From: Escherichia coli
GTDB lineage: Bacteria; Pseudomonadota; Gammaproteobacteria; Enterobacterales; Enterobacteriaceae
NCBI RefSeq assembly: GCF_050920415.1
Contig: NZ_CP169309.1
DNA length: 64,000 nt
Strand: one strand, 5' to 3'
The notes under the pieces were generated by a model. It was given only the letters and a program-made list of their open reading frames with translations. It searched no databases and had not been told where the DNA came from. Of the stretch, positions 1 through 11,747 are shown one piece after another (the stretch's first letter is position 1; each line of letters begins with the position of its first letter). The position numbers were made by a program, and so were the translations under genes.

Positions 1-210
1 ACGCGTGTATTTAACATGCTTGTTAACGAAGGCGCTGATCTGCAAATCCGCCGTCAATCGCCCCATACACTATTAATCCACGTCAATCGCTCAGGCGTGA
101 CACTTTGGTTTGAAGCAGATGAAGAACAGTCTGGTGAACCGCAGAATTATATGCTGATGGCATTTGGTTTGACACATCGCGATTACGATGCAAGATTTCA
201 ATATTCATAA
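1..210 (+). CDS. 3' end of a CDS truncated by the window start (stop at 208-210), convergent with ushA; by K-12 synteny this position corresponds to ybaK, identity not confirmed from the fragment
   Basis: Open frame runs from base 1 to a stop at 208-210, 37 bp from the ushA stop; assignment rests on gene order only. Confidence 0.5.
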   Translation, partial: TRVFNMLVNEGADLQIRRQSPHTLLIHVNRSGVTLWFEADEEQSGEPQNYMLMAFGLTHRDYDARFQYS

Positions 211-213
211 ATG

Positions 214-236
214 GCGGCGTCATATCATGACGCCGC
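214..236. terminator. 10-bp perfect inverted repeat (GCGGCGTCAT-ATC-ATGACGCCGC) between the convergent upstream CDS and ushA; no clear T-run
   Basis: Palindrome read directly in the 37-bp convergent intergenic gap. Confidence 0.4.
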
Positions 237-247
237 GACGGGGTTCA

Positions 248-1900
248 TTACTGCCAGCTCACCTCACCTTTCGGTTCATAGACACTCACATCCAGCGGCG
301 AGCTTTTCTGGATATACGCTTTCAGCACTTCGGCATCAATAAAGCCAGTATTCACATAGCCCGGTTTGTTATCCAGACGCGGATAGCCATCACCGCCAGT
401 GGCATTGAAGTTTAATGTCGCCATACGGTAAGTTTTCGCCGGATCGACCGGTTCGCCTTTGATTTTCAGGTCGTTCAGTTTGCCGTCTTTCGCCACAAAG
501 CTAACGTTGGCAAATTGCGGATAGGCACCAGAATCAGGCTTCATTTGTGCGACGGCGGTCAGGTAATCAATCACCTCTTTACCGGTCATGTCGGCATACA
601 CCACCACATTGCCGAATGGCTGCACTTTCAGCACATTTTTATAGCTGATATCACCTGCTTCGATAGAATCACGAATTCCGCCTCCGCTCATCACCGCAAA
701 GTCGGCACCAGTGCGATCCATTTGTGCTGCCAGAATCAACCGCCCCATATTGGTCTGTACAAAACGCACTTTGCTGCGGTCGCCTTCCAGACGACCATTG
801 GTTTCGCCTATTTTCACTTCCAGCTGCGCTTTGCCTTTGTTCTGGAAAGGTGATAACAGCGAAATCATTTGCTGGTTTTCGGCGATTTCAGGGGTGTAAA
901 GCACACGCTCGCTTTTCCCGTCTTCCCAGGTCACTTTCTTCTTCAGGTTTACTGGAATCAACTGGTAGTTGACCATTTTCATTTCGCCGTTGCGAAACTC
1001 AAAGTCGGCCCGACCAACGTACTTGCCCCACTCATGCGCCTGTACAATCCAGATGCCATTTTGTTGATCCGGTTTGCATGGCGTACCAGGAACGTAATCG
1101 ACCTGTTTTTTATTTTCTGCCGCCATACAGACTGGATCTTGCGAGTGACCTCCGACGATCATCGCCAGCGATCCGGCAGGCAGCGCGCGTGCCATCTCCA
1201 CATCGCCCGGTGCATTAGAGCCGTGCTCACCGTTGTCGTAATGCCCCATATGGGTCGCCGCGATAATAATGTCTGGCTTTTCTGTCTGTTGCAGCTCCTG
1301 AATCACCAGCTTCGCTTCATCAGCGGGCTTACGAAATTCGATATCAGTGAAATATTCCGGATTACCAATTTTGGCTGTGTCATCGGTTGTCAGCCCAATA
1401 ACGGCAATTTTCAGATCCTGACGCTTAAACAACGCCCATGGTTTAAACAGGCGCTCACCAGTGCTTTTTTGGTAGATATTGGCGGAAAGCAACGGGAACT
1501 TAGCCCACTTTTCCTGCTGGCGTAATACGGTGAGCGGGTTATCAAATTCATGATTACCGATCGCCATTGCATCATAGCCCACCAGATTCATACCGCGAAA
1601 ATCAGGTTCGGCATCCTGTAAGTCGGACTCGGGCACGCCAGTATTAATGTCGCCACCGGAAAGTAGCAGCACGCTACCACCTTCAGCCGCAACCTCTTTG
1701 CGAATACCGTCCACCAGCGTTTTTTGCGCCGCCAGACCATATTCGCCATATTCATTACGCCAGAAATGACCATGATGATCATTGGTATGCAGAACTGTAA
1801 TTTTGTAGGTTTTATCCTGCTCATAAGCCAGAGCAGTTTCACTCGCCAGTGTAAATGTGGTTAACAGTACTAACGCCACGCCCCGCTGCAATAATTTCAT
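248..1900 (-). CDS. ushA: UDP-sugar hydrolase / 5'-nucleotidase, periplasmic (550 aa)
   Basis: Full-length ORF with N-terminal signal peptide and metallophosphatase motifs (HTNDHHG, GNHEFD); protein recognised as E. coli UshA. Confidence 0.93.
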   Translation of the reverse strand: MKLLQRGVALVLLTTFTLASETALAYEQDKTYKITVLHTNDHHGHFWRNEYGEYGLAAQKTLVDGIRKEVAAEGGSVLLLSGGDINTGVPESDLQDAEPDFRGMNLVGYDAMAIGNHEFDNPLTVLRQQEKWAKFPLLSANIYQKSTGERLFKPWALFKRQDLKIAVIGLTTDDTAKIGNPEYFTDIEFRKPADEAKLVIQELQQTEKPDIIIAATHMGHYDNGEHGSNAPGDVEMARALPAGSLAMIVGGHSQDPVCMAAENKKQVDYVPGTPCKPDQQNGIWIVQAHEWGKYVGRADFEFRNGEMKMVNYQLIPVNLKKKVTWEDGKSERVLYTPEIAENQQMISLLSPFQNKGKAQLEVKIGETNGRLEGDRSKVRFVQTNMGRLILAAQMDRTGADFAVMSGGGIRDSIEAGDISYKNVLKVQPFGNVVVYADMTGKEVIDYLTAVAQMKPDSGAYPQFANVSFVAKDGKLNDLKIKGEPVDPAKTYRMATLNFNATGGDGYPRLDNKPGYVNTGFIDAEVLKAYIQKSSPLDVSVYEPKGEVSWQ

Positions 1901-2117
1901 ACTTCTCTCCCTGATCAGATTTCAACGTGTTGAAAAATAGTATGACGCGACATCAGAGACAAGTCTGCGTCCGGTGAAGATAAATCTGCATCCAGATTAG
2001 AAATTCTGTATTCAGCGTTGAGACTTCCTTCAGGCGGCGCATACAGGTATGTTAGTCGGGTAATAATCACAAATAAGATCATTCTTTACATCGCAACCCT
2101 GAAAAAGTGACTTTCCT

Positions 2118-3338
2118 ATGGCAATGAGTGAACAAACCCAGCCAGTGGCTGGCGCTGCTGCGTCAACGACCAAGGCCCGAACATCGTTTGGTATTTTAGG
2201 TGCTATCAGCCTCTCACATCTGCTGAACGACATGATCCAATCGCTGATTCTGGCGATTTATCCCCTGCTTCAGTCAGAATTTTCTCTGACATTTATGCAA
2301 ATTGGCATGATAACCCTCACCTTCCAGCTCGCCTCTTCACTATTGCAACCGGTGGTCGGCTACTGGACGGATAAATATCCGATGCCGTGGTCGTTGCCGA
2401 TTGGCATGTGCTTTACCTTGAGCGGTCTGGTGCTGCTGGCGCTGGCGGGCAGTTTTGGCGCAGTTCTGCTGGCGGCGGCGTTGGTCGGCACTGGTTCGTC
2501 GGTCTTTCATCCGGAATCCTCACGCGTGGCCCGAATGGCTTCCGGCGGGCGTCATGGCCTGGCGCAATCTATCTTTCAGGTCGGCGGCAACTTTGGCAGT
2601 TCCCTGGGGCCCTTGCTGGCAGCGGTGATTATCGCGCCTTATGGCAAAGGCAACGTGGCCTGGTTTGTGCTTGCAGCACTGCTGGCAATCGTGGTGCTGG
2701 CGCAAATCAGCCGTTGGTACTCGGCACAGCACCGAATGAATAAGGGCAAACCCAAAGCAACGATTATCAATCCACTGCCGCGCAACAAAGTGGTACTGGC
2801 GGTCAGCATTCTGTTAATCCTGATTTTCTCGAAATATTTCTATATGGCGAGCATCAGCAGCTATTACACCTTTTATCTGATGCAAAAATTCGGATTATCT
2901 ATCCAGAATGCCCAGCTTCATCTGTTTGCATTCCTGTTTGCCGTTGCGGCAGGTACGGTGATCGGCGGGCCTGTAGGGGATAAAATTGGACGGAAATATG
3001 TGATTTGGGGCTCTATCCTCGGCGTTGCGCCGTTTACGCTGATTTTACCCTACGCCACCCTGCACTGGACGGGGGTTTTGACGGTGATTATTGGATTTAT
3101 CCTCGCTTCGGCGTTCTCTGCCATTCTGGTCTACGCTCAGGAGCTACTTCCGGGACGTATCGGTATGGTTTCTGGACTCTTTTTCGGTTTTGCTTTCGGC
3201 ATGGGAGGTCTGGGAGCGGCAGTTCTGGGGCTTATCGCCGACCACACCAGCATTGAGTTAGTCTATAAAATCTGTGCTTTCCTGCCACTATTGGGGATGC
3301 TAACCATATTCCTGCCTGATAACCGGCCTAAAGACTGA
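2118..3338 (+). CDS. fsr: Fosmidomycin resistance MFS transporter (406 aa)
   Basis: 406-aa polytopic membrane ORF, position divergent from ushA as in E. coli. Confidence 0.85.
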   Translation: MAMSEQTQPVAGAAASTTKARTSFGILGAISLSHLLNDMIQSLILAIYPLLQSEFSLTFMQIGMITLTFQLASSLLQPVVGYWTDKYPMPWSLPIGMCFTLSGLVLLALAGSFGAVLLAAALVGTGSSVFHPESSRVARMASGGRHGLAQSIFQVGGNFGSSLGPLLAAVIIAPYGKGNVAWFVLAALLAIVVLAQISRWYSAQHRMNKGKPKATIINPLPRNKVVLAVSILLILIFSKYFYMASISSYYTFYLMQKFGLSIQNAQLHLFAFLFAVAAGTVIGGPVGDKIGRKYVIWGSILGVAPFTLILPYATLHWTGVLTVIIGFILASAFSAILVYAQELLPGRIGMVSGLFFGFAFGMGGLGAAVLGLIADHTSIELVYKICAFLPLLGMLTIFLPDNRPKD

Positions 3339-3345
3339 TTTCATC

Positions 3346-3380
3346 GCAGCCAAAGGCAAACTTTGGCTGCATCGTTTTAC
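3346..3380 (+). terminator. Rho-independent terminator after fsr (GCAGCCAAAG-GCAAA-CTTTGGCTGC then T-run)
   Basis: Perfect 10-bp stem followed by CGTTTTAC directly downstream of the fsr stop. Confidence 0.7.
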
Positions 3381-3576
3381 AGTCGCCATAAGCCTTTCCT
3401 CTGTTAAACCGCCTTCTGTTTTCCGATCCGTGCTTTTTTTTGCCGCTAATTCCATTTTTCTGCAAAATTCAACAATTATTCATAAACATCACCAATGAAA
3501 TTGTCATAAACTATTACCTGTAATTTTGGTTTTCCCGGCCAAAAATGGACAATAACCACCAGGAAAAGGAGACGGA

Positions 3577-5253
3577 ATGCATCACGCCACCCCGCTTATC
3601 ACCACCATTGTTGGCGGCCTTGTGCTCGCCTTTATCCTCGGCATGCTGGCCAATAAACTACGCATTTCTCCTCTGGTGGGATATCTGTTAGCGGGTGTGC
3701 TGGCGGGACCATTCACTCCTGGCTTTGTTGCCGATACCAAGCTCGCGCCGGAACTGGCGGAGCTGGGCGTTATTCTGCTGATGTTCGGCGTCGGTTTGCA
3801 CTTTTCGCTGAAGGATTTGATGGCGGTAAAGGCCATCGCCATTCCCGGCGCGATCGCCCAGATAGCCGTGGCGACGCTGCTGGGTATGGCGCTCTCCGCC
3901 GTGCTGGGCTGGTCGTTAATGACCGGTATCGTGTTCGGTTTATGTCTTTCCACCGCCAGTACCGTGGTGTTACTGCGCGCACTTGAAGAACGGCAATTAA
4001 TAGACAGCCAGCGTGGGCAAATCGCCATCGGTTGGTTGATTGTGGAAGACCTGGTCATGGTTCTGACGCTGGTATTGCTGCCCGCAGTAGCAGGAATGAT
4101 GGAACAGGGTGATGTGGGCTTTGCCACTCTTGCAGTCGATATGGGGATCACCATCGGCAAGGTGATCGCATTTATCGCCATTATGATGCTGGTAGGTCGC
4201 CGTCTGGTGCCGTGGATTATGGCACGCAGCGCGGCAACCGGTTCCCGCGAGCTGTTTACCCTGTCGGTGCTGGCGCTGGCGTTAGGGATTGCCTTTGGTG
4301 CGGTAGAGCTGTTTGATGTCTCCTTCGCACTCGGTGCGTTCTTTGCCGGGATGGTACTGAACGAGTCTGAACTGAGTCACCGTGCTGCCCACGATACGCT
4401 GCCATTGCGCGACGCGTTTGCGGTGCTGTTTTTTGTCTCCGTCGGAATGCTGTTTGATCCGTTAATTCTGATTCAGCAACCACTGGCGGTGCTAGCGACG
4501 CTGGCGATTATTCTGTTTGGTAAGTCATTAGCCGCGTTTTTCCTGGTGCGACTGTTTGGTCACTCTCAACGTACGGCATTAACTATCGCCGCCAGCCTGG
4601 CGCAAATTGGTGAGTTCGCTTTTATCCTGGCGGGGCTGGGGATGGCGCTGGATCTGCTGCCGCAGGCCGGGCAGAACCTGGTGCTGGCAGGGGCAATCCT
4701 GTCGATTATGCTTAACCCGGTGCTGTTCGCGCTGCTGGAGAAATATCTGGCGAAGACCGAAACGCTGGAAGAGCAGACGCTGGAAGAGGCAATCGAAGAA
4801 GAGAAGCAGATCCCAGTGGATATTTGCAACCATGCGCTACTCGTTGGCTATGGTCGTGTAGGCAGCCTGCTGGGGGAGAAATTGCTCGCCTCTGATATTC
4901 CTTTAGTGGTGATTGAGACGTCACGTACTCGCGTCGATGAGCTGCGCGAGCGCGGGGTCCGCGCAGTATTGGGCAATGCGGCGAACGAAGAGATCATGCA
5001 ACTGGCGCATCTGGAATGTGCAAAATGGCTGATCCTGACGATTCCCAACGGTTATGAAGCGGGCGAGATTGTGGCGTCTGCCCGCGCGAAAAATCCGGAT
5101 ATTGAGATTATTGCCCGCGCCCATTATGACGATGAAGTGGCGTATATCACCGAACGTGGCGCGAATCAGGTAGTGATGGGTGAGCGTGAAATTGCCCGAA
5201 CTATGCTGGAACTGCTGGAAACGCCACCGGCGGGTGAAGTGGTGACGGGGTAA
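3577..5253 (+). CDS. ybaL: CPA2-family cation/proton antiporter with C-terminal RCK/TrkA-N domain (558 aa)
   Basis: N-terminal polytopic membrane domain plus C-terminal Rossmann motif (GYGRVGS); K-12 synteny. Confidence 0.88.
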   Translation: MHHATPLITTIVGGLVLAFILGMLANKLRISPLVGYLLAGVLAGPFTPGFVADTKLAPELAELGVILLMFGVGLHFSLKDLMAVKAIAIPGAIAQIAVATLLGMALSAVLGWSLMTGIVFGLCLSTASTVVLLRALEERQLIDSQRGQIAIGWLIVEDLVMVLTLVLLPAVAGMMEQGDVGFATLAVDMGITIGKVIAFIAIMMLVGRRLVPWIMARSAATGSRELFTLSVLALALGIAFGAVELFDVSFALGAFFAGMVLNESELSHRAAHDTLPLRDAFAVLFFVSVGMLFDPLILIQQPLAVLATLAIILFGKSLAAFFLVRLFGHSQRTALTIAASLAQIGEFAFILAGLGMALDLLPQAGQNLVLAGAILSIMLNPVLFALLEKYLAKTETLEEQTLEEAIEEEKQIPVDICNHALLVGYGRVGSLLGEKLLASDIPLVVIETSRTRVDELRERGVRAVLGNAANEEIMQLAHLECAKWLILTIPNGYEAGEIVASARAKNPDIEIIARAHYDDEVAYITERGANQVVMGEREIARTMLELLETPPAGEVVTG

Positions 5254-5264
5254 GACATTGATTT

Positions 5265-5446
5265 CATTGCCGGATGCGATGCTGGCGCATCTTATCCGGC
5301 CTACAGGTGCCACCTTCCGAAGGTCGGATAAGGCGTTTATGCCGCATCCGACTGTCATTGCCGGATGCGATGTTGACACATCTTATCCAGCCTACAGGTG
5401 CCATCTTTCGTAGGTCGGATAAGGCGTTTATGCCGCATCCGACTGT
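5265..5446. repeat. Two tandem 91-bp units of REP/BIME-type palindromic repeats between ybaL and gsk
   Basis: Unit beginning CATTGCCGGATGCGATG repeats at 5265 and 5356 with a few substitutions; contains GCCGGATGCG...CGCATCCGGC-type palindromes typical of enterobacterial REP elements. Confidence 0.85.
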
Positions 5447-5461
5447 CATCAGTCCGATAAC

Positions 5462-6766
5462 TTAACGATCCCAGTAAGACTCTTCCAGACTGTCTTCACG
5501 CTCCGGTAAGCCGCGCGTTAAACGAGGTGAATGCTGGTTCAGTACCTGATAGCTCACACGGTTAGCATATTTACACACCTGCGCTAATGACGAATACGTT
5601 AACCAGGTGAATTTATGTTTGCTGGAGTTTGGTACGTTGCTACGGTGGTAGCTGTTGGCGGTAATGTCATGCAGCAATGCTGCCAGTGCGCCATCCCCCG
5701 CTCCGTTAGTGTTCATGATTTTTTCCGGCCCGCCCATGTACGGCGCAATGTGCGAATAGACACGCAACGGATTCTGACAATCCTTGTGGCGCATGGCGCG
5801 GCTAAACTCATACTGGTTAAATTCCGCGATAGCGCCCGGCAGCAGCGGATGCTGGGTTTTGCGTTTCGCTTCGTCTTCGGTAAAGCCCGCCATATACAAG
5901 CCGATTGGTCCGGCGGTACACAGCACCAGATCAACCCAGTCCAGCGCCTTGTCAGATGCCAACAACGGATCGCTTTCTCCGGTCAACGCTTCGGCCTCAT
6001 CTTCGTTCATCGCAAGGATAGAGACGTGATCTTTGAGGAATTGCTGCCACCACTGCGGATTCTCGGCAATGACAAACTTGGTGCCCAGCGTCAGCACCAC
6101 CGGTACGTTATATTTCTTCGCGTACTCAATGGCTTTCATGGTTGCTTCCGGCATGGGTTCACCCGGCTTGCAACGCACCAGATAAGAAGTGAGAACCAGC
6201 GCCGAGGCTCCGGCAATCACATCTTCCGGAATACTTTCAGCCCGCAGCTGGTTCATGTGGCCAGGGCTGATAGCAAAGGTACGTTCCCCGGACTCGCCAA
6301 TCAGCGTAAAGCAACGACCAATCGGGCCATCCACGCCTTGTAGATAGTTAAGATCGGTACGGCTGGAGGTGTTACATAGGTAACGATAGGCATAGCTGCC
6401 AATTTCAATATTGCTGCACATGACGCCCAGCAGCACCGAACGGTCGTCCGCGAGCACCGAGTAGTTGTGCATGGTGTTACCAATAGTGCCACCCGCAAAT
6501 TGATGGGTAATCAGGTTTTTCTGTTTCAGCTCCTGATAAAGTGCTTCGGCAACATCATCCTCAATCACCAGTGAATGCCCGGCGCTTAATCCATAACGCT
6601 CAATGAACTCATCATCCACTTTCGCTTCAATATCGACCAGCGTTTGATCGATACCCACTACCCAGGCAGCGCTGGTTTCGTTTTCTGGCTGGAATTGCTG
6701 AAGCAGCGGATCTCGTGCGTTTACGGGAAAATAATGTTTGGATTTACGTTTGCCGGGAAATTTCAT
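5462..6766 (-). CDS. gsk: Inosine-guanosine kinase (434 aa)
   Basis: Full-length ORF recognised as E. coli Gsk; synteny. Confidence 0.88.
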   Translation of the reverse strand: MKFPGKRKSKHYFPVNARDPLLQQFQPENETSAAWVVGIDQTLVDIEAKVDDEFIERYGLSAGHSLVIEDDVAEALYQELKQKNLITHQFAGGTIGNTMHNYSVLADDRSVLLGVMCSNIEIGSYAYRYLCNTSSRTDLNYLQGVDGPIGRCFTLIGESGERTFAISPGHMNQLRAESIPEDVIAGASALVLTSYLVRCKPGEPMPEATMKAIEYAKKYNVPVVLTLGTKFVIAENPQWWQQFLKDHVSILAMNEDEAEALTGESDPLLASDKALDWVDLVLCTAGPIGLYMAGFTEDEAKRKTQHPLLPGAIAEFNQYEFSRAMRHKDCQNPLRVYSHIAPYMGGPEKIMNTNGAGDGALAALLHDITANSYHRSNVPNSSKHKFTWLTYSSLAQVCKYANRVSYQVLNQHSPRLTRGLPEREDSLEESYWDR

Positions 6767-6917
6767 GGTTGTTTTTACGGGTGGTTAACTGAGCGGCGAA
6801 TGTTAACACAATCTGACGGGAGCGCGCGAGACGCAGCCAGTTTCAATATCAGCAGGCGGGATCGCATTTTCATGGCAGTGGTTCCTTACAATGACGTAAT
6901 TTGAAAGGAGTTTTTGC

Positions 6918-7877
6918 ATGAAGCCGGAAAACAAATTACCCGTTCTGGACCTTATTTCTGCTGAAATGAAGACCGTTGTGAATACTCTTCAGCCGGATTT
7001 ACCGCCCTGGCCCGCAACGGGAACGATTGCAGAGCAACGTCAGTATTACACGCTTGAACGCCGATTCTGGAATGCTGGCGCTCCAGAAATGGCAACCAGC
7101 GCTTACATGGTTCCCACACCTTATGGTCAGGTCGAGACTCGCCTCTACTCACCCAAAAGTCACAGCCCGGCGACACTATTTTATCTGCATGGTGGTGGTT
7201 TTATTCTCGGCAATCTTGATACCCACGATCGGATTATGCGACTGCTGGCAAATTACACCCAATGTACAGTGATTGGTATTGCTTACACTCTTTCGCCGGA
7301 AGCACGTTTTCCGCAGGCAATAGAGGAAATTGTGGCTGCCTGTTGCCACTTCCACCAGCAGGCAGAGGATTATCAAATCATTATGTCCCGCATTGGTTTT
7401 GCCGGTGATTCCGCAGGTGCCATGCTGGCGCTCGCCAGTGCGTTGTGGTTACGTGATAAACAGATAGATTGCGGTGAAGTTGCGGGCGTTTTGCTGTGGT
7501 ATGGGCTTTACGGATTACGGGATTCCGTGACTCGTCGTCTGTTGGGCGGTGTCTGGGATGGCTTAACGCAACAGGATTTACAGATGTATGAAGAGGCGTA
7601 TTTAAGCCACGACGCTGACCGCGAGTCGCCGTATTACTGCCTGTTTAATAATGATCTCACTCGTGAGGTTCCGCCCTGTTTTATTGCCGGAGCGGAGTTC
7701 GATCCGCTGCTGGATGACAGCCGTCTGCTTTACCAGACGTTAGCGGCGCATCAGCAGCCCTGTGAGTTCAAACTCTACCCAGGCACGCTGCACGCCTTTT
7801 TGCATTATTCACGGATGATGAAAACCGCCGACGATGCTCTTCGCGACGGCGCTCAGTTCTTTACCGCTCAGCTTTAG
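6918..7877 (+). CDS. aes: Acetyl esterase, alpha/beta hydrolase (319 aa)
   Basis: HGGGF oxyanion-hole motif and GDSAG nucleophile elbow present; synteny. Confidence 0.9.
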   Translation: MKPENKLPVLDLISAEMKTVVNTLQPDLPPWPATGTIAEQRQYYTLERRFWNAGAPEMATSAYMVPTPYGQVETRLYSPKSHSPATLFYLHGGGFILGNLDTHDRIMRLLANYTQCTVIGIAYTLSPEARFPQAIEEIVAACCHFHQQAEDYQIIMSRIGFAGDSAGAMLALASALWLRDKQIDCGEVAGVLLWYGLYGLRDSVTRRLLGGVWDGLTQQDLQMYEEAYLSHDADRESPYYCLFNNDLTREVPPCFIAGAEFDPLLDDSRLLYQTLAAHQQPCEFKLYPGTLHAFLHYSRMMKTADDALRDGAQFFTAQL

Positions 7878-8836
7878 CGATACGCAGCAACAAGATTAGC
7901 CATCATTTCGATATGTTCCGGTGTGGCATTAAGCGCCGGAATATATTCGTATTTTTTCCCGCCCGCACCGAGGAAGACCTCACGGTTTTGCTCGGCAATC
8001 TCTTCCAGCGTCTCCAGACAATCTGCAGCAAAGCCCGGGCACATCACCTGAATATGACCTACGCCTTTTTCTCCGAGCATTTTCAGCGTTTCGTCGGTAT
8101 AAGGCATCAGCCAGGGTTCCCGCCCAAAGCGCGACTGAAAGGTCATCATCACTTTTTCCGGTGCCATCCCCAGTACGGAAGCCAGTTCGCGAGTCGTTGT
8201 GCGACAACGTTGCGGGTAATCATCGCCTTCATCGGCATAACGCTGGGGAATACCGTGATAAGAGAGCAGCAGTAGATCCGGTTCGCCATGTTTGGCAAAA
8301 GAAGCACGTACGCTGTTCGCCAGTGCATTAATGTAATCGTGGTTATCGGCGTAATCACGAATAAACGATATCCCCGGAATGCTACGTTTGCGCGCCAGAA
8401 TGCGTGCCAGTTCATCCCATACCGCACCGACCGTTGAACAGGAGTATTGCGGATAAAGCGGCAGCACCACGATATGATCTACATGTTCTGCCAGTAGTTC
8501 ATCTACGGCGCTTTCCAGTGATGGCGAGCCGTAGCTCATTCCCAGCGCCACGGGCGTCTCCGGTAAACGTTGTGCCAGCGCCTGCTGTTGCTGGCGACTG
8601 TAAACCATCAGCGGCGAGCCGCCTTCCATCCAGACCGAGGCGTACAGCTTAGCTACGCGCGGTGAGCGCAGCGGCAAAATTACGCCGCGCAGCAACGGCC
8701 ACCACAACAGCCGTGAGGTATCAACCACGCGTCTGTCGCTTAAAAATTGTTTCAGGTAGCGTTTTACCGCTTCAGGTGTGGGGGCATCGGGCGTACCCAG
8801 GTTTGCCAGCAGAATACCGGTTTTAGTTTGACGCAT
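7874..8836 (-). CDS. hemH: Ferrochelatase (320 aa)
   Basis: Full-length ORF recognised as E. coli HemH; its stop overlaps the aes stop (TTAG shared). Confidence 0.9.
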   Translation of the reverse strand: MRQTKTGILLANLGTPDAPTPEAVKRYLKQFLSDRRVVDTSRLLWWPLLRGVILPLRSPRVAKLYASVWMEGGSPLMVYSRQQQQALAQRLPETPVALGMSYGSPSLESAVDELLAEHVDHIVVLPLYPQYSCSTVGAVWDELARILARKRSIPGISFIRDYADNHDYINALANSVRASFAKHGEPDLLLLSYHGIPQRYADEGDDYPQRCRTTTRELASVLGMAPEKVMMTFQSRFGREPWLMPYTDETLKMLGEKGVGHIQVMCPGFAADCLETLEEIAEQNREVFLGAGGKKYEYIPALNATPEHIEMMANLVAAYR

Positions 8837-8967
8837 TACCGCCTCTTATCGATTCAACTTGTTGATAATTGTAGCGGAAAAGTGAAGAAGAAGAACTAAT
8901 TGCTGCAAGAGGTATTGCCTGAGGAGAATGAGCAGACCTGCCCGAAAGCAGATCTGCTGCGGCTTGA

Positions 8968-9684
<717 letters not shown>

Positions 9685-9792
9685 TCAAGAAAGGCACCTG
9701 GGGCTGAAACGGTTAATGGCGAGATAATTTGCGGAAAGGACAGATGATGAAAAGAAAAATGCCGGATGACACGAGGGTCATCCGGCATTACA

Positions 9793-11667
9793 TCAGGAAA
9801 CCAGCAGCTGGTTCATACGACGAATAAACAGGTTCGGATCTTCCAGCGTACCGCGCTCTGCCAGCAGCGCCTGATCCAGCAGCAGTTCTACCCACTCGCT
9901 GAACTTCGCTTCATCTTCAGTATCTGCCGCACGTTTCACCAGTACGTGATCCGGGTTCAGTTCGAAGATGTATTTCACTTCTGGTACTTTCTGGCCCGCC
10001 GCAGCGAACAGTTTCGCCATCTGGGTGCTCATTTCGTCCGCGTCGGTCGAAACGATCGCTGGCGTATCGGTCAGACGGTGAGTCAGACGGACATCTTTCA
10101 CGCGCTCGCCGAGCAGGGCTTTCACACGGTCGATGAACGGAGTCAGTGCTTTCTCCGCTTCTTTCGCGCTCTCATCAACTTCGTCAGCCAGTTTTTCCAG
10201 CGACTCGTCAACTTTAGACACAGACTGGAACGGTTTACCGTCGAACTCAGTCAGATAGTTCATCATCCACTCATCAATGCGGTCGGAAAGCAGCAGAACT
10301 TCGATGCCTTTCTTACGCAGCAGCTCCAGGTGCGGGCTGCTCTTCGCTGCCGCGTAGCTGTCTGCGGTGATGTAGTAGATTTTCTCCTGCCCTTCTTTCA
10401 TGCGGGAAACGTAGTCTTCCAGAGACACGGTCTGCGCAGAAGAGTCGGTATGTGTAGAAGCAAACCGCAGCAGTTTGGCGATCGCTTCCTGGTTAGCGAA
10501 ATCTTCCGCCGGACCTTCTTTCAGCACCAGGCCAAACTGTTGCCAGAAGGTCTGATATTTTTCCGCGTCGTCTTTCGCCAGTTTTTCCAGCATTTGCAGC
10601 ACACGCTTAGTCAGCGCATTGCGCAGGTTGCGCGTTACTGTGCTGTCCTGGAGGATTTCACGGGAAACATTCAGCGGCAGATCGCTGGAGTCAATCAGAC
10701 CACGCACGAAGCGCAGATAGTTCGGCATGAACTGTTCTGCGTCGTCCATGATGAACACACGCTGGACGTACAGTTTCAGGCCGTGCTTATGATCGCGGTT
10801 CCACATATCCCACGGTGCCTGCGACGGGATGTACAGCAGGCTGGTGTACTCCTGCTTACCTTCGACACGGTTGTGGCTCCAGGTCAGCGGATCGTTAAAG
10901 TCGTGAGCGATGTGTTTGTAGAACTCTTTGTACTCTTCATCGGTAATTTCCGACTTGTTACGGGTCCACAGCGCCTGCGCTTTGTTGATTTTCTCCCAGG
11001 AGATAACGGTTTCGCCGTCTTTCTCTTCGCGTTTTTCGATCTCTACCGGCAGCGCGATATGGTCGGAGTATTTGCTGATGATGGAACGCACACGCCAGTC
11101 ATCGAGGAACTCGTCTTCGCCTTCACGCAGATGCAGGGTGATTTCAGTACCACGATCTTCTTTGGTGATGTCGGCAACGGTATATTCACCTTCGCCAGCC
11201 GATTCCCAGAAGACGCCGTTTTCTGGTTTTTCGCCTGCCGCGCGAGTACGCACGGTCACTTTGTCGGCCACGATAAACGCAGAGTAGAAACCAACACCAA
11301 ACTGACCGATCAGTTGGCTGTCTTTCGCCTGGTCAGAACCCAGGGATTCGAGGAATGATTTGGTGCCGGATTTAGCGATAGTCCCCAGATGGTCAATCAC
11401 TTCGTCGCGGGTCATCCCCACGCCGTTATCGGAGATGGTCAGCGTACGCTTGTCTTTATCGAAAGAGACACGAACGCGCAGTTCGCCATCACCTTCGTAC
11501 AGGTCCGGGTTAGAGAGCGCGCGGAAACGCAGCTTGTCCGCCGCATCGGAGGCGTTAGAGATAAGCTCACGCAGGAAGATTTCTTTATTGGAATAGAGAG
11601 AATGGATCATCAGGTGCAGAAGTTGTTTCACTTCTGACTGAAAACCACGAGTTTCTTGTCCTTTCAT
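9793..11667 (-). CDS. htpG: Hsp90-family chaperone HtpG (624 aa)
   Basis: Full-length ORF with GHKL ATPase N-terminus; recognised as E. coli HtpG. Confidence 0.95.
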   Translation of the reverse strand: MKGQETRGFQSEVKQLLHLMIHSLYSNKEIFLRELISNASDAADKLRFRALSNPDLYEGDGELRVRVSFDKDKRTLTISDNGVGMTRDEVIDHLGTIAKSGTKSFLESLGSDQAKDSQLIGQFGVGFYSAFIVADKVTVRTRAAGEKPENGVFWESAGEGEYTVADITKEDRGTEITLHLREGEDEFLDDWRVRSIISKYSDHIALPVEIEKREEKDGETVISWEKINKAQALWTRNKSEITDEEYKEFYKHIAHDFNDPLTWSHNRVEGKQEYTSLLYIPSQAPWDMWNRDHKHGLKLYVQRVFIMDDAEQFMPNYLRFVRGLIDSSDLPLNVSREILQDSTVTRNLRNALTKRVLQMLEKLAKDDAEKYQTFWQQFGLVLKEGPAEDFANQEAIAKLLRFASTHTDSSAQTVSLEDYVSRMKEGQEKIYYITADSYAAAKSSPHLELLRKKGIEVLLLSDRIDEWMMNYLTEFDGKPFQSVSKVDESLEKLADEVDESAKEAEKALTPFIDRVKALLGERVKDVRLTHRLTDTPAIVSTDADEMSTQMAKLFAAAGQKVPEVKYIFELNPDHVLVKRAADTEDEAKFSEWVELLLDQALLAERGTLEDPNLFIRRMNQLLVS

Positions 11668-11718
11668 GTAGGTCTACCTCAATAATGCCATTTTAAGGTT
11701 AAAAACAGGATGAGGGAG

Positions 11719-11747
11719 AGATGGGGACAAGGGAGAATAATTTCAAG
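11719..11747 (-). promoter_or_regulatory. Sigma32 heat-shock promoter of htpG: -35 CTTGAAA, 14-nt spacer, -10 CCCCATCT
   Basis: Minus-strand reading CTTGAAATTATTCTCCCTTGTCCCCATCT matches the sigma32 consensus (CTTGAAA ... CCCCATnT). Confidence 0.75.

Noticed and set aside
16-210. Calling the 64-aa track ORF a complete small gene
   Set aside because: The reading frame is open back to base 1, so it is the 3' end of a longer gene truncated by the window; identity (ybaK by synteny) cannot be confirmed from the fragment.
3582-4181. 199-aa minus-strand ORF
   Set aside because: Antisense to ybaL; Ala/Ser/Thr-rich translation characteristic of a GC-rich antisense frame.
5265-5446. Possible CRISPR array (tandem repeats)
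   Set aside because: Only two units, 91 bp each, internally palindromic and of REP/BIME type; no short unique spacers and no cas genes nearby.
9766-11358. 530-aa ORF on the plus strand
   Set aside because: Lies entirely antisense to htpG, whose product is unambiguous; long antisense ORFs are common opposite highly expressed genes; no ribosome-binding site or recognisable protein features.
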